From: an uncultured Gemmatimonadales bacterium
GTDB lineage: Bacteria; Gemmatimonadota; Gemmatimonadetes; Gemmatimonadales; GWC2-71-9
Reading direction: 5' to 3'
Length of the DNA: 64,000 bases
Assembly (NCBI GenBank): GCA_963695555.1
Contig: CAVOGR010000004.1
Coordinates: 1 to 64,000 of the forward strand
Made by a program: the position numbers and the translations under genes. Every line of letters begins with the position of its first letter. Positions within the stretch are counted from its first letter, which is position 1. Of this stretch, positions 57,862 through 64,000 are shown in pieces. A model generated the notes under the pieces. It made no database searches and was not told the origin of the DNA. It saw only the letters and a program-made list of their open reading frames with translations.

Positions 57862-58604
57862 GGGTTCTGGTCTCGATCCACGACGTGACGCCCGCCCATG
57901 AGGGTTCCGTGCGCGCCCTCTGGGATCTCTGCGCCGATGTCGGGGTGTGTCCGGCGCTCCTGGTGGTACCGAATTGGCATGGGAGCTGGCCACTCGAAGA
58001 CTCGCCCGACTTCGTCGGCTGGATAAGAGACCGAGCGCATGGAGGGAGCTCCATCCTGCTTCATGGCTATCGGCATGACGAGTCGGGCGTCCGGCGGCGC
58101 TGGACGGACCAGCTCCTGGCCTGGGGCAAGACGGCGCGGGAGGGCGAGTTCCTCACGCTCGATCGTGTCGAGGCGCGGGCGCGAATAGCGCAGGGCCTGG
58201 CCAGCCTCCGCGCGGGTGGGCTCGAGCCGATCGGGTTCGTTCCGCCCGCCTGGCTCGCGCGCCCCGACACACACGTGGCGGCTGCTGCAGCCGGACTCGA
58301 GATCAGCGAAGACGATCGCTGGATCTACCTGCGTGGCGGTGAGACCCTCCGTGCTCCCTGCCTTCGCTGGAGCACGCGAACTGGGTTGCGATCCTACGGC
58401 TCGGTCTTGGTGGCGGAGGGACGGTGGTGGATCCACCGTAAAGCGCCCCTGGTTCGGGTGGCGCTCCATCCATCGGATCTGTCCCGCGGTGTGGTTCGCC
58501 GGTCGCTGGTGAGGAACCTTCGGCGCTGGATCACCCGGAACCAGGCTACCGGGTACCATGACCTCGTGTCGGTGCCGCAGCCGCTGGCGGGGCGGGTCTG
58601 GTGA
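57858..58604 (+). CDS. DUF2334/NodB-like predicted deacetylase
   Basis: VSIHDVTP, LLVVP, LHGYRH, EGEF, GFVPPAW, RVALHP; ATGA overlap. Confidence 0.85.
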   Translation: MRVLVSIHDVTPAHEGSVRALWDLCADVGVCPALLVVPNWHGSWPLEDSPDFVGWIRDRAHGGSSILLHGYRHDESGVRRRWTDQLLAWGKTAREGEFLTLDRVEARARIAQGLASLRAGGLEPIGFVPPAWLARPDTHVAAAAAGLEISEDDRWIYLRGGETLRAPCLRWSTRTGLRSYGSVLVAEGRWWIHRKAPLVRVALHPSDLSRGVVRRSLVRNLRRWITRNQATGYHDLVSVPQPLAGRVW

Positions 58605-59498
58605 ACTGGTGGCTTGCGCAGCTCATCTGCCTCGGCCTGGTGGTGGTCGATGTCGTGGCCAGGGCTTGGCGGATCCAGCTCCTGGTTCAGGGGACGGGAG
58701 AGCGTTTGAGTGTGGGCGATGGCCTGGCCGTCAACCTGATCGGGGATGGCGCTTCCGCCGTGACGCCGCTCAGGCTCGGGGGGGAGCCGGCACGCATAGG
58801 GGTTCTGCTTGCGAGTGGCGTGTCGCTCGCTGGGACTTTGGTGGCGAGCGGATATGAGATCCTCATCACCTGGCCGGTGCTCATCGCGTCCGCGCTCCTG
58901 ATCGGCTGGGCCTACGGCTCTGCCTGGTGGGTGGACGTCGGGCCCCGCGTGGTGGACGCCGTTCTTGTGTGGTGGCCGTGGGTCGCCGGGATCGTGCTGT
59001 TGAGTGTCCTCGCCTGGCTCGTGGCCTCGTGGTGGAAGCCTCGGGCCGGGCAGGCCAGGTGGATCCAGTCGTGGAAGGAAGCACTGCGTCGTTGGCGCGC
59101 AATGCCGTGGACCTTGGTGGCCCGGAGCATTCCGCTCACCTTGGTCTCCATCTTTGCCCGGACGGCGATCTTGCCGGTTCTCGCGCTCACGATTCCCGAT
59201 CCGCCGGCGTTGGGCTCCGTAGTCTTGGGCTCCTTCGTGCTGCTCTTCGGTCAGCTCGTCTTGCCGACGCCGGCCGGTGTGGGCGCGGTCGAGTTCGGCT
59301 TCCTGGCCGGCGCGGCCGGGAGCCTCGGGCGCGGACCGAGTGCTCGTATTGACGCTGTGGCGGTTCTACACGACGGGAGTGGGTGTCTTCGCGGCGGCCT
59401 GGCTAGTGGTGCGGCGCTATGGCTGGAGTGCGGTCCGGCAATTCCTGACCGTGCGATCGGCCGGTGCTGAACCGGGCGAGCCCGGCTCGACGGGCTAG
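58601..59498 (+). CDS. Lysylphosphatidylglycerol-synthase TM-domain (flippase-like) protein, frameshift near 59335
   Basis: RAWR, TPLRLGGEP, PTPAGVGAVE; C-terminus LWRFYT in ORF 59277..59498; GTGA overlap. Confidence 0.85.
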
Positions 59499-59821
59499 GT
59501 TTTGGGCGGTGGCGCCATGCCGACGAGCATGACCGTCCGCTCCAACGCGTCCACCACGCCATGCGGTACGTCGGCCGGCGCCCACACCAGTGTTCCCGCC
59601 TCGGCGACGGCGACGTGGTCGCCCACGATCATTCTCGCCTTTCCGGAAACGATCAGATAGAATTTGTCCATGCCGGAATGGTGATGCACCGGCTGTGATT
59701 GGCCGGCCTCGAAGCAGTTGAGGCCGAGGAATAAGTGGTGCCCCCGCGCGAGGTCGACCTTCGCGGCCTTCCCCTCGTGAAACACTGCCGCTGCCTCGAT
59801 GGGCGTGAAGGGGCCATCCAT
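59495..59821 (-). CDS. Cupin-domain protein
   Basis: FEAGQSQPVHHH...KFYLIVSG and PADVPHGV. Confidence 0.85.
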   Translation of the reverse strand: MDGPFTPIEAAAVFHEGKAAKVDLARGHHLFLGLNCFEAGQSQPVHHHSGMDKFYLIVSGKARMIVGDHVAVAEAGTLVWAPADVPHGVVDALERTVMLVGMAPPPKT

Positions 59822-59894
59822 GGATGCGCCTCACGTGTGGAGTGAATGGTGGCCGGAAACATAACTCTCCTTCGAGACCCTGGAATCGTGATCC

Positions 59895-61322
59895 ATGACA
59901 AACGTTGAGCGAAAGACGACGCAGCCGGGGACCGGCATGCGGATCGAACGCGACAGCCTCGGGATGCTGGAGGTCCCAGCCGACCGGTACTGGGGTGCGC
60001 AGACTGCGCGCTCCCTCATTCATTTCTCGATCGGGCGCGACCGGATGCCGGTGGAGGTGATTCGTGCCTTTGGCATTCTGAAGAAGAGTGCGGCCCTCGC
60101 CAATCGCGGGTTGGGAAAGCTCGATGCCCGCCGGGCGGACCTGATCGTCCAGGCCGCCGACGAGGTCATCGAGGGCAAGTTGGATGATCATTTCCCGCTC
60201 TATGTGTGGCAGACGGGGAGCGGGACACAAACGAACATGAATGCCAACGAGGTCATCGCGAATCGTGCCATCGAGATCAGTGGCGGCACGTTGGGCAGCA
60301 AGGACCCCGTCCATCCCAACGACCACGTCAACATGTCGCAATCGTCGAATGACACGTTCCCCACGGCCATGCACGTTGCCGCCGGCACCGTGATACGCGA
60401 GCGGCTGCTACCCGCGGCTGCCGGATTGCGTGACGCGATCGCCCGCAAGTCATCGGCGTTCGACGACATCGTGAAGATCGGGAGGACCCACCTGCAGGAT
60501 GCCGTCCCGCTCACGGTGGGGCAGGAGTTCTCCGGCTACGTGGCCCAGCTCGACCATGCCTTGGAGCGGCTCCGGGAGTCCCTGCCGGGCCTGTATGAGT
60601 TGGCGATTGGAGGGACGGCGGTGGGCACCGGGCTCAACGCCCCGCCGGAGTTCGGTGATCGCTGTGCCAAGCATATCGCCGAACTGACCGGCATGCCGTT
60701 CGTGTCGGCCGAGAACAAGTTTGCGGCGCTCGCCGCCCATGACGCCATCATCGCGGCCTCCGGGTCCTGCGCCGTCTTGGCCGCGGCGGTCATGAAGATT
60801 GCCAACGACATCCGGTGGGCCGGCTCGGGGCCGCGCTCCGGGTTGGGTGAGCTGGTGCTGCCGGCCAACGAGCCGGGCTCGTCCATCATGCCGGGCAAGG
60901 TCAACCCGACCCAGTGCGAGGCCATCACCATGGTGGCGGTCCAGGTCATGGGCAACCACACGGCCATCATGATGGCCGGGTCGCAGGGCAACTTCGAGCT
61001 CAACGTCTTCAAGCCGGTCATGATCTCGAATCTGCTGCAGTCGGCTATTCTGCTGAGCGATGCCTGCCAGAACTTCACCCGGTACGCGATTGAGGGCCTC
61101 GAGGTCAACCGGCGCCGGATTGCCGAGCATGTGGAGCGTTCCCTCATGTTGGTGACCGCCCTGACCCCGAAGATCGGATACGACAAGGCGGCGGAGATTG
61201 CCCACAAGGCGCAGGTGGAGGAGACCACCCTCAAGGCGGCGACCCTGGCGCTGGGCTACCTGAACTCCGAGGAGTTCGACCGGATCGTCGACGCGAGGGC
61301 CATGACCAAGCCGGCGGGGTAG
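59895..61322 (+). CDS. fumC: Class II fumarate hydratase
   Basis: [50 protein letters not shown]. Confidence 0.97.
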   Translation: MTNVERKTTQPGTGMRIERDSLGMLEVPADRYWGAQTARSLIHFSIGRDRMPVEVIRAFGILKKSAALANRGLGKLDARRADLIVQAADEVIEGKLDDHFPLYVWQTGSGTQTNMNANEVIANRAIEISGGTLGSKDPVHPNDHVNMSQSSNDTFPTAMHVAAGTVIRERLLPAAAGLRDAIARKSSAFDDIVKIGRTHLQDAVPLTVGQEFSGYVAQLDHALERLRESLPGLYELAIGGTAVGTGLNAPPEFGDRCAKHIAELTGMPFVSAENKFAALAAHDAIIAASGSCAVLAAAVMKIANDIRWAGSGPRSGLGELVLPANEPGSSIMPGKVNPTQCEAITMVAVQVMGNHTAIMMAGSQGNFELNVFKPVMISNLLQSAILLSDACQNFTRYAIEGLEVNRRRIAEHVERSLMLVTALTPKIGYDKAAEIAHKAQVEETTLKAATLALGYLNSEEFDRIVDARAMTKPAG

Positions 61323-61412
61323 GGAACCGGCACGCAGCCTGGGTGGCTCACGGGGCCCAGAGGTCGCTGTGGCCCTGAAGCGACCTTCACAGAATATTCA
61401 CAACACTTTTTC

Positions 61413-61441
61413 TTGTTCGGTTGGGTTCACGAACATATGTT
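61413..61441 (+). promoter_or_regulatory. Promoter for the Rrf2 gene, probably leaderless
   Basis: TTGTTC-N17-TATGTT, then 6 nt to ATG with no SD. Confidence 0.5.
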
Positions 61442-61447
61442 TCGGGC

Positions 61448-61897
61448 ATGCGAGTCACGACCTGGACAGAGTACAGCCTCCTCATCACGCTCCACTTGGC
61501 CCGGAACGGGTCGAGCCCGGTGCCGGCGCGGGTCGTGGCTGACGAAGAACAGCTGCCGGCCGATTACACCGAGCAGATCTGTCTCCGCCTGAGACGGGCC
61601 GGCCTGGTGCAGAGTGTCAGGGGAGCGAAGGGCGGCTACCTGCTCGCCAAGGATCCTGCGGACATCTCCGTCAAGGACGTGATGAACGCTTGCGAGCACG
61701 CGACATTTTCGATCAACTGCGACACCCGTCCAGTGAACGAAGAGCGCTGTGACCCGGGAGCCGCCTGCAGCATCCGACCCGTGTGGCATGCGCTCCAACG
61801 GCGCATCGACGACCTGCTGGTCGGAGTGACGCTTGCGGATCTGCTGAAGGACGAACAGGAGGTCGAAGCATTGGTTGGGCTCGGGTCCGGCGGTTGA
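61448..61897 (+). CDS. Rrf2-family regulator with IscR-like Cys triad
   Basis: YTEQI...LRRAGLVQSVRGAKGGY; C...C-x5-C followed by W. Confidence 0.92.
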   Translation: MRVTTWTEYSLLITLHLARNGSSPVPARVVADEEQLPADYTEQICLRLRRAGLVQSVRGAKGGYLLAKDPADISVKDVMNACEHATFSINCDTRPVNEERCDPGAACSIRPVWHALQRRIDDLLVGVTLADLLKDEQEVEALVGLGSGG

Positions 61898-61921
61898 GCC
61901 AACCGAATCAATGGGCTCGCG

Positions 61922-61952
61922 GACCCGGCCGGCGGCCGGGTCTTTGTTTTTT
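61922..61952 (+). terminator. Intrinsic terminator after the Rrf2 gene
   Basis: GACCCGGCC-ggc-GGCCGGGTC followed by TTTGTTTTTT. Confidence 0.8.
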
Positions 61953-61973
61953 AGCACGTGGAGCGACCGAACG

Positions 61974-63155
61974 ATGAAGCGCGACTACTGGCACCACCCC
62001 GCGATGGGCGACGCGGCCCTGCCGTCATTGTCTCATGACGAGGTCTTGCGCTACTCGCGGCATCTGATGCTTCCCGAGGTGGGCGTCGATGGACAGCGCA
62101 AGCTCAAGGCCGCGCGGGTGCTCCTGGTCGGAGCAGGCGGACTGGGCTCGCCGCTTGCCCTCTACCTCGCTGCGGCAGGTGTGGGAACCCTGGGCATGGT
62201 GGAGTTCGACGCGGTCGATGTGTCCAACCTTCAGCGCCAGGTCCTCCACGGGAGCTCGGCGATCGGCCGACCCAAACTCAAGAGCGCCAAGGCCCGGCTC
62301 AAAGACCTCAATCCCCACGTGCACTTCGAGCCCATTGCCGACAAGCTCACCTCGGCTAATGCCTTGGAGATCGTTCGGGCATTCGACATCGTGGCCGATG
62401 GGTCGGACAACTTCCCCACCCGATATCTGGTCAACGACGCGTGCGCCCTGGCTGGCAAGCCCTACGCATACGGCGCCATTCTTCGCTTCGAGGGCCAGGC
62501 ATCCGTGTTCGATGCCGCCCGAGGGCCCTGCTATCGCTGTCTCTTCTCGGAGCCGCCGCCCCCCGAGCTCGTGCCGAGTTGCGCCGACGCTGGGGTGCTC
62601 GGGGTGCTCCCGGGGATCATCGGCAGCATCCAGGCGCTCGAAGTCCTGAAGTTCATTCTGGGCGTGGGGGAGTCGTTGCTGGGGCGTCTCGTGGTGTTCG
62701 ATGCGTTGGGAATGCGGTTCCGTGAGCTCGCCCTCAAGAAGGATCCGGCGTGTCCCATGTGCGGTCTGGAACCAACCATCACCGCGTTGATGGACTACGA
62801 GGCGTTCTGCGGCGTCGCGTCGGCGCCCGCGAACCCAAGCCCGGAAGTAAGCGTCCGTGCCCTGGCGGGTGAGCTCGAGAATGGCCGGCCGGTTCTGCTG
62901 CTCGATGTGCGGGAGCCTCGTGAATGGGACCGGGTCCACCTGGCCGACGCCACGCTCATTCCTCTCGGTCAGCTTCCCAGCCGGTTGGCAGAGCTCGACA
63001 ACCACCCCGACATCGTCGCCTATTGCCACACCGGCGTCAGGTCGTTGCGCGCGGTTCAGCTCCTACTGAGCGCCGGGTTTCGGAGGGCGCGAAGCCTCGC
63101 GGGCGGGATCGATGCGTGGTCCCGGGAAGTTGACCGTACGATGCCCCGGTATTGA
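61974..63155 (+). CDS. moeB: MoeB/MoeZ adenylyltransferase with C-terminal rhodanese
   Basis: RYSRH, GAGGLG, SNLQRQ, CYRC and CPMC Zn motifs; DVRE...YCHTGVRS...GGIDAW. Confidence 0.93.
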   Translation: MKRDYWHHPAMGDAALPSLSHDEVLRYSRHLMLPEVGVDGQRKLKAARVLLVGAGGLGSPLALYLAAAGVGTLGMVEFDAVDVSNLQRQVLHGSSAIGRPKLKSAKARLKDLNPHVHFEPIADKLTSANALEIVRAFDIVADGSDNFPTRYLVNDACALAGKPYAYGAILRFEGQASVFDAARGPCYRCLFSEPPPPELVPSCADAGVLGVLPGIIGSIQALEVLKFILGVGESLLGRLVVFDALGMRFRELALKKDPACPMCGLEPTITALMDYEAFCGVASAPANPSPEVSVRALAGELENGRPVLLLDVREPREWDRVHLADATLIPLGQLPSRLAELDNHPDIVAYCHTGVRSLRAVQLLLSAGFRRARSLAGGIDAWSREVDRTMPRY

Positions 63156-63327
63156 GCCACTCCTGGCCCGCCGCAGGTCGGGTTGTGCGTCCGCCGGATG
63201 ATTCGGCGGTGGCCGTTGTGATGTCCTGCCACGGGGACGATCGGGGGAGAGGCCCAGGCCGGAAACAGCGCCGGAGCCGGTAAGAGAAGGCCCCATCCAG
63301 GGGCATAGGCCTTGCAAGGAGATGCAG

Positions 63328-63411
63328 TGCCGAAGGGGGGATTCGAACCCCCACGGGCTTACGCCCACTGCGCCCTGAACGCAGCGCGTCTACCAGTTCC
63401 ACCACTTCGGC
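63328..63411 (-). tRNA. tRNA-Leu (CAG), CCA not encoded
   Basis: GCCGAAG/CTTCGGC acceptor stem; anticodon arm CTGCG-TTCAGGG-CGCAG; long variable arm; GGTTCGAATCC. Confidence 0.96.
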
Positions 63412-63504
63412 CTGGCGGCAAAGTACCCGTTGATGCGGCGCGCCGTCAAGGATCCGATTGATTCCGTGGAACTCGCTGTCTATCTTGCGGTTACGGAAGA
63501 ACCC

Positions 63505-63990
63505 ATGGGGGGAAAAGCGGCTGTTCCCGACGGATCCAGGCGAATCGTTGCCCGCAACCGCAGGGCCACCCACGACTACCACATCCTGGAAACCTGGGAA
63601 GCGGGAATGGTGCTGACCGGGACCGAGGTCAAGGCGCTCAGGCACGGCAAGGCCTCGATCAAGGAAGCCTATGCCAAGGTCAGGCGCGGGGAACTGTATC
63701 TCGAGGGCATGAACATCACGCCCTACGAGCACGGGAATCGGTACAACCACGAGCCGCAGCGCGCACGGAAGTTGTTGCTGCATCGGAAGGAGATCGAGCG
63801 GATGATCGGTGCAGTGGAACGGCAGGGACTGACGCTCATTCCCTTGGAGGTGTACTTCAGGGATGGGCGCGCCAAGGTGACGCTTGCCCTCGGCAAGGGC
63901 AAGAAGCAGCATGATCAGCGCCAGGATCTCAAACGCCGCGACGCGGAGCGCGAAATGTCTCGAGCGTTGTCGAGGAAGTCCCGGACATGA
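63505..63990 (+). CDS. smpB: SsrA-binding protein
   Basis: NRRATHDY, EAGMVLTGTEVKALR, RKLLLHRKEI, GKGKKQHD. Confidence 0.97.
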   Translation: MGGKAAVPDGSRRIVARNRRATHDYHILETWEAGMVLTGTEVKALRHGKASIKEAYAKVRRGELYLEGMNITPYEHGNRYNHEPQRARKLLLHRKEIERMIGAVERQGLTLIPLEVYFRDGRAKVTLALGKGKKQHDQRQDLKRRDAEREMSRALSRKSRT

Positions 63991-64000
63991 TCACGCTGAT

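Noticed and set aside
61386..61403. Second Rex box upstream of the Rrf2 gene
   Set aside because: TTCACAG-AATA-TTCACAA is a direct repeat with only one Rex half-site, not the palindrome.
63156..63327. tmRNA or another ncRNA near smpB
   Set aside because: Too short for tmRNA and no tRNA-like ends; only a small hairpin downstream of tRNA-Leu.
63987..64000. Next gene starting at an ATGA overlap after smpB
   Set aside because: Only 14 nt are visible, so it cannot be called.

Overview
GC-rich bacterial chromosomal window of mostly core genes. The gene repertoire (Hanks-type kinases, alternative complex III, TonB-ExbB-ExbD-ExbD) suggests a Gemmatimonadota-like organism, which is an inference. No mobile elements, integrases, CRISPR arrays or rRNA were seen; two tRNAs are present (Ala-TGC, Leu-CAG). 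Main blocks: TetR + acyl-CoA dehydrogenase; Mo/W ABC permease and ATPase + dinB; an actABCDEF alternative complex III operon; an ECF sigma/anti-sigma pair; a cytochrome c + cupredoxin lipoprotein pair behind a perfect Rex-type operator; a four-gene candidate sphingolipid operon (serine palmitoyltransferase, GNAT ceramide synthase-like, SDR ceramide reductase-like, Aur1/IPC-synthase-like PAP2 protein); sodA + peroxiredoxin; an HK-RR-HK triad; a TonB energiser cluster; a peptidoglycan-recycling cluster; a PIP-synthase-like gene + ino1; a 2-oxoacid dehydrogenase E1a/E1b/E2 operon; trxB; a GT4-deacetylase-flippase cassette; fumC; an Rrf2 regulator; moeB-rhodanese; smpB. The best candidate for an undescribed system is a bacterial inositol-phosphorylceramide pathway combining the sphingolipid operon (21.2-25.4 kb) with the inositol-lipid pair (41.8-43.8 kb), possibly extended by the glycosylation cassette (56.6-59.5 kb). 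Seven genes carry small indels that look like long-read assembly errors, so frameshift calls need read-level checking. All family assignments come from recalled motifs; no database search was run.
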